The position numbers and the translations under genes are program-made. Below, piece after piece: positions 24,541-36,205 of a DNA stretch of 64,000 nt (its first letter is position 1; each line of letters begins with the position of its first letter). The notes beneath the pieces are model-generated. The model saw only the letters and a list, made by a program, of their open reading frames with translations, did no database searches and was not told where the DNA came from. Source of the stretch: Naegleria gruberi (lineage: Eukaryota); NCBI GenBank assembly GCA_000004985.1, contig GG738891.1; one strand, written 5' to 3'.

Positions 24541-27500
24541 AATGTTTTGGATTGAATTCCAGTGATAATTCAGTTTGTTCAAGTCATGGTCAATGTATTA
24601 ATGCTGACACTTGTCAATGTAATACTGGATGGTTTGGAAGTAACTGCTCAATTCACTCCTGCAATGGAACTAGTTCACAAGATTTAAAACACGTCTGCAA
24701 TGGAAATGGAGTATGTATTCAAATGGACAAGTGTGATTGTAATAATGGATGGTTTGGATCTGATTGTTCAATTCATTCTTGTAATGGAACCAGTTCACAA
24801 GATTTACACAGTGTTTGTAATAATGGTAATGGTCAGTGCATTGGAACAGAGTTGTGTTTGTGTAACCAAAATTGGGCTGGTCAGTTCTGTACTATTCCTA
24901 AATGTTTTGGCGTTATTTCTACAGACGCTACAGTTTGCTCTACTCATGGTAATTGTACTGATATTAATACTTGTCAATGTAATACAGGTTGGTTTGGAAC
25001 TGATTGTTCAATTCACTCCTGCAATGGAACTAGTTCACAAGATTTAAAACACGTCTGCAATGAGGAAATGGAGTATGTGTTCAAATGGACAAGTGTGATT
25101 GTAATAAGGGATGGTTTGGATCTGATTGTTCAATTCATTCTTGTAATGGAACCAGTTCACAAGATGAGCAAAATGTTTGTAATGGAGGAAGAGGTCAATG
25201 TATTGGCACTGATATTTGCTCATGTAATGAAACATGGACAGGTCAATTCTGTGAAATTCCAAAATGTTTTGGATTGAATTCCAGTGATAATTCAGTTTGT
25301 TCCAGTCATGGTCAATGTATTAATGCTGACACTTGTCATTGTAATAAGGGATGGTTTGGTAGTAACTGCTCAATTCATTCGTGTAATGGAACTAGTTCAC
25401 AAGATGTGCAAAACGTTTGTAATGGAGGAAATGGTCAGTGCATTGGAACAGATTTGTGTTTGTGTAACCAAAATTGGGCTGGTCAGTTCTGTACTATTCC
25501 TAAATGTTATGGCGTTATTTCTACAGACGCTACAGTTTGCTCTACTCATGGTAACTGTACTGATATTAATACTTGCCAATGTAATACAGGTTGGTTTGGT
25601 CCATTATGTAGTATTCACTCCTGCAATGGAACTAGTTCACAAGATTTAAAACACGTCTGCAATGGTGGTAATGGAGTATGCATTCAAATGGATAAGTGTG
25701 ATTGTAAATCTGGTTGGACAGGCCAGTTCTGTGAAATTCCAACATGTTTCGGATTAGCTTCAACTGCTAAAAAAGTGTGTGCTGGTCATGGAGATTGCAT
25801 GAGCTCTGATAAATGCTCTTGTAATAATGGATGGTTTGGATCTGATTGTTCAATTCATTCTTGTAATGGAACTAGTTCACAAGATGAGCAAAATGTTTGT
25901 AATGGAGGAAGAGGTCAATGTATTGGCACTGATATTTGCTCATGTAATGAAACATGGACAGGTCAATTCTGTGAAATTCCTAAATGTTTTGGATTGAATT
26001 CAAGTGATAATTCAGTTTGTTCCAGTCATGGTCAATGTATTAATGCTAACACTTGTCATTGTAATAAGGGATGGTTTGGTAGTAACTGCTCAATTCATTC
26101 ATGTAATGGAACAAGTTCACAAGATGTACAAAACGTTTGTAATGGAGGAAATGGTGAGTGCATTGGAATAGAGTTGTGTTTGTGTGACCAAAATTGGNNN
26201 NNNNNNNNNNNNNNNNNNNNNNNNNNNNNNNNNNNNNNNNNNNNNNNNNNNNNNNNNNNNNNNNNNNNNNNNNNNNNNNNNNNNNNNNNNNNNNNNNNNN
26301 NNNNNNNNNNNNNNNNNNNNNNNNNNNNNNNNNNNNNNNNNNNNNNNNNNNNNNNNNNNNNNNNNNNNNNNNNNNNNNNNNNNNNNNNNNNNNNNNNNNN
26401 NNNNNNNNNNNNNNNNNNNNNNNNNNNNNNNNNNNNNNNNNNNNNNNNNNNNNNNNNNNNNNNNNNNNNNNNNNNNNNNNNNNNNNNNNNNNNNNNNNNN
26501 NNNNNNNNNNNNNNNNNNNNNNNNNNNNNNNNNNNNNNNNNNNNNNNNNNNNNNNNNNNNNNNNNNNNNNNNNNNNNNNNNNNNNNNNNNNNNNNNNNNN
26601 NNNNNNNNNNNNNNNNNNNNNNNNNNNNNNNNNNNNNNNNNNNNNNNNNNNNNNNNNNNNNNNNNNNNNNNNNNNNNNNNNNNNNNNNNNNNNNNNNNNN
26701 NNNNNNNNNNNNNNNNNNNNNNNNNNNNNNNNNNNNNNNNNNNNNNNNNNNNNNNNNNNNNNNNNNNNNNNNNNNNNNNNNNNNNNNNNNNNNNNNNNNN
26801 NNNNNNNNNNNNNNNNNNNNNNNNNNNNNNNNNNNNNNNNNNNNNNNNNNNAATAATGAAGGAAATGGATTACTGTTCCAAATGACCTCTCCAAATCATT
26901 TCACATCCTTAAATGTTGATTGTAACAATTTATTAGATTCTTCAAGTATTTCCTCATTTGGTTCAAATGTAGTTTGTAGATATTCTAATAAGACATCCAA
27001 TGATTTTATTATTGAATTGGGAACTGATAATTCTATTCAAGTTGATCAAGAAATTTTATTGAATAGAAATGTGTTTAATAGAAACAAATTAGGAAATGAT
27101 TATCAATCATTCAAAATTGGAAATGCTGAAAATCCCATTCCACCAACAATTTTAATTTCTCAAAAAACAACATATTCAAGTTGTGAAAATATTCTATTGG
27201 ATGCAAGTGAAAGTTATTCCACAGATGGAAAACAAATTTCCTATAAATGGGAAATTGTATCTTCCAACATGATGACACTTCCAAACAATAATTCAAGCAA
27301 ACTGTCAATCACCTATGACAGTATAAATGCTGGAAGTCATACTTTCAAATTGACAACTACAAGCCAAATTTTGAAAACATCCTCATCTAAGCAAGTCACA
27401 TTCCAAAAATTGAATTATGCAACACCTGTCATTTCTATTGAAGGAAGTGACAGCCTTTCACTTTCAACAAGCTCATTGCCTTTGATTGTAAGAAAATTAA

Positions 27501-29932
27501 TCACATTACCTTCTTGTTTACCTTCAAAATCTGAAATTATTGTAAAATGGGAATATTTGAGTGGAACTGGAATGGAATATCAAGTTGACTCTTACAATAA
27601 CTTGAAGATTGTTAAATTTAATGATTTGACACAGTTAACACATCAAGTTAAAGTTTCATCATATTTGAAAGGCAAAGAAGATCAAATTTCATCAGTCAAT
27701 CTTAATATCCAAATGACAGCTAGACCACTAGTTGTTAACTTGATCCAAATTGAATCAACAATTGACCAAGTAATAATTGAGATCGAAGAAATTGATTCTG
27801 ATTTGCAAACTATTCCATTCGACAGAGAATGGTCCACCAATAATTTGAATAACAATGACAACATCTTACAATATCTATCATCTATCAAGAATAATACATT
27901 AACAATTACAAAATCATTAGTGAACGGTGCTTCTCAATTCGACATTTCATTAAGGTCAAGTAAGGTTTCCAGATATTCCACTTCAACTCTCTCCATTTTA
28001 TTCCCAGAATCTCCTACACAAATTCCACCTTCAATCACACCAGCTAACTCACCACCATCAAAACTGAATAAGGGAACTTTATTAAGCGTACAAAGTATTG
28101 TTTCGAGTGCAAGTAACAATATTATTAGAGAATGGACAATGAATGGACAATCTATTCCTTCAGATTTGACAAGTAATATGAGAATGCAACTTTCCGAGTC
28201 TGATGAATTAATTTTGGACACATCTTCTTTGACAGAAGGTTCTACTTATCAAATTTCTTTCAAAGTTACTAATGTTGATTCTTTGTTGTCTGCTTCATTG
28301 AATCATTCATTTGTAATTAACAAATCACCAAAACCATGTGACTGTCAAGTGTCACCTTTGAGTGGTATTGCAATGACAACAATATTTACTTTCAATTGTC
28401 CAAAATGTCAAAACGATCAGAATAGTAATACTTTTGAATATGGTTTTATTGATGACTTTTCAAAATCCAACTTTCCACTTTCTAAAACAGAAGAATTATA
28501 TCAAAAACTTCCAATGCCAAATTCTGGAAACAAATTAGATCTTTATGTCAAGGTAATTGATTCATTGACAGGATCTAGCTCCATAACAACCAAACAAGTT
28601 ACCATTTCTCTTCCAGTTGTCAAAAGTTTAGCAGAAATCAAAGCATTAACGTCTTCTTGGAACCAAATAGCAACATTGGCTCCTGTTGGTGATTATCAAC
28701 GAAGTGTTTTCAATACTGCAACCATTTCTAGAACAATGAATTTATTATTTAACAGTATAAGTTCAAAGAGAGATTTTTGTAATGGAAATGGACAATTTAA
28801 GGATGGAAAATGTGTTTGTAATTTTGGATTTACAACAAGAAATTGTAAATGGTCCACTGAAGATTTTGAATTTATTCAATCTTTAATTAGAGATTTATTG
28901 AATGATTTTATGGGTTCAAGTCAAATCATGACAACCGCTTCAGAATCAACAAATAGAAATTACATTACAAATTTATTATTTGGATTGAATTCAATTTCAC
29001 AAAATTCTGAATATCTTTCTAACCAAATGGTCAACTCTAGTTTAATTTTATTGAGAGATGCTTTGGTATCAGTTCAATCAAGTACTGCCTTTGTTCTGTC
29101 TAGAGGAGATTTGGTCAACTTGCAAAATATTTTGAACTTGCAAGAAAATTTAATGGATGGTGAAAAATTATTGCAAACTGTTGAATTATTAGGACAAGTT
29201 TTATTGAGAAATGTTTTAATTGGTCAAACACCATTTAAATTTGAAACTAACAGTTATTTGACAGTTTTAAACAAACATTTCAAGAATCAAATGAATGGAA
29301 TGAAATTCGAAAGTGAGATGGTGAATATCACGTTGCCATGGAACATTTCATCTTTCTTGAAAACTAATTCAATCAAGTCACCAATCAAGTACAGATGGAA
29401 TATTCAAAAAAATACAGACACCATTGCAATTGCAAATCAACCTGGAAAGATAATATCAATCAATTCAGTTGCGAATAGTTTACAACTTGATCCTTCACCT
29501 CAATCTTATTCGAAATACTTATTCGACATTGAGATGAAACAATACGACAGTCAGGCAGCTTATGTTTGTGCCAACATTGGATCAGCATCATTGGAAACTG
29601 ATTGTTCCATTTCTATCAAGAATAACCAAATAGCAACTTGTGAATGCTCTTCATTAGGATATAATCTTGTAATTCTTGAATACAAATCCATTGAAAATCA
29701 TGTATCAACCTCCTCTTCATCAAATTCAAATATAATTGTCAAAAAACCTCCAACGAGCAATCCATTAATGTGGTTATTATTGTTACTAGTCCTCATTCCA
29801 CTTACTGCCCTACTAATTGCAGTAATTGTATGGTTTGTAGTAAAGAAACTGGGTAAAGATAAGAATAATACAAGAAATCCATACATGCAAACACAAGAAA
29901 GCAGTTCTACAATTGAATTGAAGCATGTTTAA
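24541..29932 (+). CDS. Very large EGF-repeat surface protein (5' end in gap). It has tandem tenascin/laminin-type EGF modules, a long Ser/Thr/Asn-rich extracellular region, a membrane-proximal EGF and a GPS-like Cys motif, one C-terminal TM helix and a short cytoplasmic tail
   Basis: The open frame runs from the gap edge. About 12 near-identical EGF units (C-x-C-N-x-G-W-x-G-x-x-C-S-I-H-S-C-N-G-T-S-S-Q-D...) are repeated almost exactly at the DNA level. An apparent frameshift near 25062 (caatgaggaaatgg versus caatggaggaaatgg in sister repeats) splits the track ORFs 10410..25277 and 25085..29932; it is most simply a 1-nt deletion error. An internal gap lies at 26198-26851. After the repeats come CNGNGQFKDGKCVCNFGFTTRNCKW (EGF) and ATCECSSLGYNLVILEY (GPS-like), then the TM helix LMWLLLLLVLIPLTALLIAVIVWFVV, and the stop at 29930-29932. 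Confidence 0.8.
26198..26851. other. Assembly gap (654 N) inside the EGF-repeat gene
   Basis: N run. The reading frame is plausible on both sides of it. Confidence 0.9.
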
Positions 29933-30276
29933 TCTCGTTAATAATATGAAAAAGATTAGTTTGATAGGAGACGGTTATGTGATTGTGACTGAAACAACTC
30001 CGAAAGTGTCTAATTTGTGGAAATAAACACCATTCGAGTCATTCGAGCTCGTAAACCCATGAAGTATAATTTCTGTCTATTATTATTGTATTACATTACG
30101 AATCACCACAACATTGAAAAAACACAAAAGAATTCACTAAGAGAGCTCAAAATATCTGACATTGCGTTCCTTTCATTTTGGATTTACCTACCGGATAAGT
30201 TATAAAAATCGTTTTGGGATCACATATCATGAATTTCGTGTCATTGTGAAAATTCTACTATCAAGTCTCATAAAAA

Positions 30277-32364
30277 ATGTTTCCACAACAAGCTCCACGG
30301 ATTGTGGTAGAGATAAAACTTGGTAACACAGTTGCTCAATTGTTTCCAGATGGTAGCTTGAGTAATGGTTCAACCAGTATTACTGATTTCAGCGCAGTTG
30401 CACTAAACAAGCAAAACAAGCAAGTATGGGGGTTTGAAAATGACAAAGTTAAAATATTGTGCAATCAAAACCACGTTTGTAGTTATGGTCAAGTCAACCA
30501 CTTGATAACAGGCAAGGGATTAAATAGGCTTCGTTCTCTTTACAATCTCGTAATAACAAAATATCTCCAACAACAGCCAAACATCACCGTTCCCAGAACC
30601 AATGCTGGTGACACCACACCAGCAACACATGATGCCTTCCAAAAGAAATTGGCTGAATTAGTTGAAAAATTCAAAACCAAGTATTCGAAACTAAGAGGTG
30701 TAGAATTCATTCAACCTGTTGTGTTTGGATCTTCTGTCCATGGCAGAGAGTTTAATGAAGATACAGTCAAAGATGTTGAAATTGTTACCATTTATGATGC
30801 TCCATCTCTTCATGCTTTACAATATGGAGTGGCTGGTTTGGGAGAAACGTCTTACTATGATGCTCAGTTGGCCTCCCAATATGAGTGTCTCAATATTTAT
30901 GGAGCTGAATGTTGTTTTATTGAAGCAATCAAAACACCATGTGAACATACTTTTGAAGGAATTAGTTATAGTAATGAAAGAAGTGAATGGATTGAACTGC
31001 TAGTTCTTCAATTAAGATTGTTTCCAAACCTCAGACAAATCAGAGTGCTTTGTTGTAAGAAAAACCAAAATATCTTGTTGGGAAATGATATCTTCAATTT
31101 GATTGCTGCCAAGACAGAAGTAATTGTTTTCATGCATTCATCCCCAACAAATGTCATGTACAACCGTTCAGAAATGTTCAATGAGAGAGAAGCAAAAAAG
31201 AAAGAAGGACTACCACAACCATATAGTAAGGACTTTAACTCTTTCGTGACACGTGCCTCACAGTATACAGCTATCAATATTGATTTGAAAAAAGAAAGAT
31301 CTAATATTCAAAACAAGGAACCAAGTGGAAAGAAAACAGATAACACAACCAAGCCACAACCATTTAAATTCGAAAGGTTCTTTTCCTCCAATAAGTGGAA
31401 AGCTCTAGAACCGACTGAAGAGACAAGTAATCTACACAGAGACTGGAACGAAGTGTTTGATTCACGTGAATATAGCACTATCAAGGAATATTGTGATTAT
31501 CTCACTTCAAGACCTGGCCAGTGTCAATTTGATAGTGTATTACTATTGATCAATGAACCAGATAGAAATTTGAGAGAGGAAGTGGCTCAACACATTGAAC
31601 TAAATTGTGATTATTACCAAGAATATATTGATGAACCATTTGAACAATACATTCGTAAAGTTCGTGGAAATGATTGGGGAGATAATATCACACTAAGAGC
31701 TATATCTGAAGTATTAAGTGTGAGAATTATAGTTGTTGATGAGGATGAAGGAACAGATGATGTTGTTTTGGGTCATTTCTTTGAAGAAGAAATTGTTTTA
31801 GGATTTGTCAATCAATCTCATTACATCCCACTGATCAAAAGAGAACACATGCCTACATATCATCATTATGGCACTGCCATTGAACAACAGAGAATGATTT
31901 CTGCTGAACTTACTGATGTTCATGAAACAAGTACTGATGGTGGCCATTACGATTGGCAAACCTCTCAATTACCATCCAACCAATCAACCCAAAATGTTCC
32001 AGATGAAGGCCAAGAAGGCAACTCCAAAGAAGAGAGCTATATTGAGAGAAACCCCCATAAATCACACACACAAAAAAAAAGTTCTAACAGAAATACTAGA
32101 AAGAATCAATTCAATCCTGCTCTTTGTGTATTTATTACCAATCTATCCTATTCATCAACATGGAGAGAAATTAAGGAATTATTTGATGGAGCTACCTATG
32201 TTAAATTATTCAAAAATCAAGATTCTGAACAACACAAAGGATGTGGTTATATTCAATTCAAATCCAAAGAACAGAAAGATGCTGCTTTAAAATTGAAGCA
32301 ACCAATATCACACAATGGAAGAAACATTAAGATAAGAGAATATGAAAAGAGAAACAACAAATAG
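30277..32364 (+). CDS. OTU-domain (ovarian-tumour cysteine protease/deubiquitinase-like) protein with a C-terminal RRM RNA-binding domain
   Basis: A single 695-aa ORF starts with ATG at 30277. The OTU signature reads RPGQCQFDSVLLLI (Cys box) ... GNDWGDNITLRAISEVLSVRIIVV ... NQSHYIPL (His box). The RRM has RNP2 LCVFITNL and RNP1 KGCGYIQF. The N-terminal roughly 330 aa have no recognisable domain. Confidence 0.65.
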   Translation: MFPQQAPRIVVEIKLGNTVAQLFPDGSLSNGSTSITDFSAVALNKQNKQVWGFENDKVKILCNQNHVCSYGQVNHLITGKGLNRLRSLYNLVITKYLQQQPNITVPRTNAGDTTPATHDAFQKKLAELVEKFKTKYSKLRGVEFIQPVVFGSSVHGREFNEDTVKDVEIVTIYDAPSLHALQYGVAGLGETSYYDAQLASQYECLNIYGAECCFIEAIKTPCEHTFEGISYSNERSEWIELLVLQLRLFPNLRQIRVLCCKKNQNILLGNDIFNLIAAKTEVIVFMHSSPTNVMYNRSEMFNEREAKKKEGLPQPYSKDFNSFVTRASQYTAINIDLKKERSNIQNKEPSGKKTDNTTKPQPFKFERFFSSNKWKALEPTEETSNLHRDWNEVFDSREYSTIKEYCDYLTSRPGQCQFDSVLLLINEPDRNLREEVAQHIELNCDYYQEYIDEPFEQYIRKVRGNDWGDNITLRAISEVLSVRIIVVDEDEGTDDVVLGHFFEEEIVLGFVNQSHYIPLIKREHMPTYHHYGTAIEQQRMISAELTDVHETSTDGGHYDWQTSQLPSNQSTQNVPDEGQEGNSKEESYIERNPHKSHTQKKSSNRNTRKNQFNPALCVFITNLSYSSTWREIKELFDGATYVKLFKNQDSEQHKGCGYIQFKSKEQKDAALKLKQPISHNGRNIKIREYEKRNNK

Positions 32365-32400
32365 ACAGCACAGCAGTAACAAAATTAACAATTAAAAATA

Positions 32401-34188
32401 TTAGTGGTCATTAAAATAAACAACCATACTACCATGTGTAATTTCCCAAGCCAATTTCAATTCCCAACAATAAGGTACTTCCTTAGAAATTAATGCAATT
32501 GAGCCATTATCCTCATTTCCAATTATTAGAAAGTTCAATTTAATGTCATCATCAATGAAAGGAAAATAGGTAACTGATAATTTATCCCCTTCATTTTCTA
32601 CTCCAACGTGACACTTTTCGTCCTTCCAATCAAAACTTCCTTCAAATACAGAGCCATGCGCCTCCAAATTACATGAGACAATTGACTGGTTTTGAGATAT
32701 TTCAATATAGTTACTAGTGGCAACTTTCAAGGAATCTTTCACTTCGTCTGATAGATATTCTGATGATAATACCATTTTTGAAACATGTTCTGGAATTGAT
32801 TTGAGAGAACTTGAAAAATTATTCGAAACGAAATCTGAAACGATTCCACAAACAAATTCCAAATGTTCTCTCTTTTCATATTTCATCATGAAATAGAGAG
32901 TATAAACTGGATTCAATGCTTGCAAGATTTGTGAAATTGTCATTTCATCTCCTAAATATAAACATAATTCGTATAATAATTCTAAACTTTCAAATGGCTT
33001 TCCAATAAAATAATCTTGTAAATCTAATGGTTTAACTTTCAGACTTTCCAAATATAATTCAAATATTTCAATAACTTTTTCTGATTGAGAAATAATGTTT
33101 TTTTCAATGCCTGTCATGTCAATTATCAAAACACCATCTTGGTTTCTCTTACAATTTTCTTTCCAATTAGAGCTCAACATGGTTGACAAGAAATTTGATC
33201 TTTTCAACAATTGACTTTCGAATAAAAATTCATTTTTGGAAAATTGAATCAAAACCTTCTCATCCGTAACTGAAATGTCATTCACACTTTCCATCACATT
33301 ATTAGAAAACATCAATCTTCCAACATTTTCAATTGGATTAATCAAAATCTTGACTTTGGAATTCTCAATTAAAACTTTCGAATACCATTTCAATTTCTCT
33401 TCTTCTGTGAAAAAATCATTGACAATTTCAAAAATTCTGTTAAATGATGCAAAATGTCCACAATTAAATGCCATGATGAAATATTCCAATGATTTTACAT
33501 AATCATCATAGTCATCATCTTCGGCTCCTGAATAAATATTCCCTAAACCTATTAAGGCATTGACGCAATTCAATTCAGCAGCTTTCGAATAGTATTCCAC
33601 TGCTTTTGCAGTATCATAGTTAACTTTCATATAAAAGTTTCCAATAGCACATAGAGAAGCTGGATGATCTTGTTGAGCAGCTTTCATATACCATTCTAAA
33701 GCTTTCGAATAATCTTTTTTAACTCCCTTTCCCTTTGCAAACAAATTTCCAATACAATATTGAGACTCTGCACTATTTAATTCAGCAGCTTTCGAATACC
33801 ATTTCATAGAATTTTTGTAATCACTGTCTGAAGAATACAAGGAGCCAATCTTCAAGATTGCATTCAAATGATTATTTTCCATCGATTTCACACACCATTC
33901 CCATGCATTGTCCAAATCTTCTTGGCGATTTAAATAAAAAATATAAAATCTAGTGAATGGATGCTTAGCTGTCATTATGGAAATGTCATTAATCAATTGA
34001 TCAAATAAATCGGAATGAATTTTAATTTCTTGCTTCTTATTTTTGATATTTTCCAATAATTGCTCATTCCAATTTATCAATTTTTCAATTTCTGCTTCTT
34101 CATATTTGGACACCAACTTTCGGTCAGTTTCTTCTAGTTTAACTTTCTTCAAATCTTGTTGTGATTCTCCCTCACCCACTCTTTTCAT
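32401..34188 (-). CDS. Sel1-like repeat protein with a central BTB/POZ-like region
   Basis: 595-aa ORF, ATG at 34188. There are at least four Sel1/TPR-like repeats (YSKAAELNSAESQYCIGNLFAKGKGVKKDYSKALEWYMKAAQQDHPASLCAIGNFY..., YSKAAELNCVNALIGLGNIYSG). The stretch VLIQFSKNEFLFESQLLKRSNFLSTMLSSNW...GVLIID resembles the start of a BTB domain. Confidence 0.65.
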   Translation of the reverse strand: MKRVGEGESQQDLKKVKLEETDRKLVSKYEEAEIEKLINWNEQLLENIKNKKQEIKIHSDLFDQLINDISIMTAKHPFTRFYIFYLNRQEDLDNAWEWCVKSMENNHLNAILKIGSLYSSDSDYKNSMKWYSKAAELNSAESQYCIGNLFAKGKGVKKDYSKALEWYMKAAQQDHPASLCAIGNFYMKVNYDTAKAVEYYSKAAELNCVNALIGLGNIYSGAEDDDYDDYVKSLEYFIMAFNCGHFASFNRIFEIVNDFFTEEEKLKWYSKVLIENSKVKILINPIENVGRLMFSNNVMESVNDISVTDEKVLIQFSKNEFLFESQLLKRSNFLSTMLSSNWKENCKRNQDGVLIIDMTGIEKNIISQSEKVIEIFELYLESLKVKPLDLQDYFIGKPFESLELLYELCLYLGDEMTISQILQALNPVYTLYFMMKYEKREHLEFVCGIVSDFVSNNFSSSLKSIPEHVSKMVLSSEYLSDEVKDSLKVATSNYIEISQNQSIVSCNLEAHGSVFEGSFDWKDEKCHVGVENEGDKLSVTYFPFIDDDIKLNFLIIGNEDNGSIALISKEVPYCWELKLAWEITHGSMVVYFNDH

Positions 34189-34416
34189 ATTTTTTGAAGA
34201 GAGAAAGTTGCCGAAACCTGAAAATCAAAAGATTACAATAGAACAATTTTAGAAGGTGACAACAAAAAAAAATACCCAACAAGCTCCCTCTCATTAACCT
34301 CTTGAGATTTTTCAACAACAATAACCGTTTCAGTTGATTTTTCTCATCATCGGAACAAAAATTTGTTGTTTTTTATATAAATTAAAAAAAATTTTGCTCA
34401 TCACACAACACAGAAA

Positions 34417-36201
34417 ATGAATATTTTAAAAAGTAATATTGTCGTGATGATGATGGTGATGATGATATTTGGACTGCTGTTCATGACATTGGGAACGTGG
34501 TGTGCTAATACGGTAGAGTTTGGACGTTACTATCCTATTGAACCATTATCTGAAGAATTGTTTTATAAGGATTTATCTCTGCCTCAAGTGAGTGTCACGA
34601 TTCAGTATAGAAAAGATCTTGTCGTGTCTAGTGGACAAATAATGCTTGATAGAAATTTGATTGTTACTGATAGAGTGTTGAACAGTTCGAATTTTGTTGA
34701 TTCTTCACAATTGAAATATGAAAGTATGAAATTATTAGCCATTTACGAGTTGGATTTGGCTCGATTGACTGCCGTATCCGATATTGAACAAGAAGAATTG
34801 ACAAGTATCATGTACATTACTATTCAGTGGACAAGTCCACTCATGAACACAAATCCCGAATCAATGATTCCATTAATTTTGAATGAAAACTATGATAGAG
34901 CAATTGTTCCATCAAATGTCTCTAAAATTCTCGGAGAACCATCAAGTGTGGAATTTAATGTGGAATCTATTGAGAATTATCTTGGAAAGAAGAGATTAGT
35001 TTTTGCTTTGGGAGGTTATTCTAAACCTATTGATGCTGTTTTTGGGACTACGTACGAAGTTGAAGAATTTCCAAGAAGTTTCTTATTCAAAAATCAATTG
35101 AGAGATTCGTCCCAGTATTTACAAATTGAAATGAACAAACCAGAATTGGTCCAATCCTTCTCTGTAGAAATGTACAATGAAAAGGAATCTGTAGTATCTG
35201 GATTATTGAACTCTAATTATACTACACTTTATATTTTGAATGTGAATCAACAAATGTTTGGAGGAAAGAAGATTTTTTACTATAATAGAAAGAAGGCCAT
35301 AAGAGATATTGATGATAAGTTGGTAATCATCAAACCAGATACTGTCAAATTATTTTTTAGAACTGTTGATGGATCATTTAAAGGAGTTTGGTCGAGTTCA
35401 ACAACTACTGTCACTTGTCCAGAGTATGGAACTTACACGTGTACAGCCTCAAGTGAATTACCAATCTATGACACAACAGAAGTAGGAATTGTGGCAGAAA
35501 TTGATGTGGAAGCAACTAAATTAATTATTGAAAATGGAAATTCAACTGATAATTCAACAATGGCTACAAATCTTTTGGATGGAACATTTATTAATTATCA
35601 ACCAATTTCTTCAACTATTCAACCACATTATCAAGTAGTTTTGGATGGATTTCAAATTTTGAAATTGAAAGATGTCAAAATTTCAGGTAGCTCCACTTCC
35701 AAAGTTGTGGTTTATCAATCAAATGGCACTCCATTCCCAAATGCCACAATGTATGACAACCGATATGAATTTTCATCATCTGACACTTCTAAATCGATTG
35801 AATTGAAACATAGAAGTTTTTCCAAAGCCACTTACTATCTCAGAATAGTCAACCTTGATGAATCTCAACCAGACAACACTTGTTATATTACATTTTCTGT
35901 ATCTGTCGCTTCATTTACAGATGACAAGATTACTCCAGAAGATAATGGCCCAATTTATCCATATATTTTCATTGGAGTATTTGGTGGAATAGTTGCAATT
36001 TTGATTTTCATTTCAGTTGTTTATATTTTATGGAAGAAGACCAAGAAACCTAAAAGAACTATGTCTAACAAACAATTCCCATCTGTCTCCTCTCAAATGT
36101 CAATTCAAAGCGAACAAATTATTTCAAATACTCCAAGTGCTGTAGGTTTAGATATTGAACAAGGTAATCAATCAACTCAATATTATAGAATGAATGAATA
36201 A
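34417..36201 (+). CDS. Type I membrane glycoprotein of unknown function (signal peptide, about 500-aa N-glycosylation-rich ectodomain, one TM helix, short tail)
   Basis: 594-aa ORF, ATG at 34417. The hydrophobic N-terminus is MMMVMMIFGLLFMTLGTWC. There are many N-x-S/T sites. The C-terminal TM helix is IYPYIFIGVFGGIVAILIFISVVYILW, followed by a KKTKKPKR stop-transfer and a Ser/Gln-rich tail. Confidence 0.55.
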   Translation: MNILKSNIVVMMMVMMIFGLLFMTLGTWCANTVEFGRYYPIEPLSEELFYKDLSLPQVSVTIQYRKDLVVSSGQIMLDRNLIVTDRVLNSSNFVDSSQLKYESMKLLAIYELDLARLTAVSDIEQEELTSIMYITIQWTSPLMNTNPESMIPLILNENYDRAIVPSNVSKILGEPSSVEFNVESIENYLGKKRLVFALGGYSKPIDAVFGTTYEVEEFPRSFLFKNQLRDSSQYLQIEMNKPELVQSFSVEMYNEKESVVSGLLNSNYTTLYILNVNQQMFGGKKIFYYNRKKAIRDIDDKLVIIKPDTVKLFFRTVDGSFKGVWSSSTTTVTCPEYGTYTCTASSELPIYDTTEVGIVAEIDVEATKLIIENGNSTDNSTMATNLLDGTFINYQPISSTIQPHYQVVLDGFQILKLKDVKISGSSTSKVVVYQSNGTPFPNATMYDNRYEFSSSDTSKSIELKHRSFSKATYYLRIVNLDESQPDNTCYITFSVSVASFTDDKITPEDNGPIYPYIFIGVFGGIVAILIFISVVYILWKKTKKPKRTMSNKQFPSVSSQMSIQSEQIISNTPSAVGLDIEQGNQSTQYYRMNE

Positions 36202-36205
36202 AATT

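Noticed and set aside
561-25277. Very long ORFs in the track (for example 1515..10253 -, 1609..10182 -, 1631..10204 -, 10410..25277 +, 10624..24582 -, 561..1154 +, 697..1167 -, 26046..26894 -, 26184..26885 +)
   Set aside because: They consist of translated N runs (X) plus telomere-repeat translations (poly-GL, poly-WV, poly-GF, poly-PN). They are artefacts of ORF calling across gaps and repeats, not genes. Only the real flanking exons were kept: 10263..10645 - and 24541 onward +.
24700-25649. Track ORFs 24700..25047 +, 25044..25262 -, 25284..25649 + and 25397..25579 - inside the EGF-repeat region
   Set aside because: These are alternative-frame or antisense readings of the EGF repeat DNA (for example MEMEYVFKWTSVIVIMDGLDLIVQ). 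The EGF frame is the only one with a consistent domain pattern.
27111-29886. Minus-strand ORFs 27111..27308, 27682..27888, 27934..28221 and 29698..29886
   Set aside because: They are antisense to the long, domain-supported EGF-gene ectodomain frame and are rejected as chance ORFs.
30719-33502. Internal or antisense ORFs 30719..31003 +, 31008..31277 -, 31916..32290 + and 33275..33502 +
   Set aside because: They are embedded in or antisense to the OTU/RRM and Sel1 genes, in other frames.
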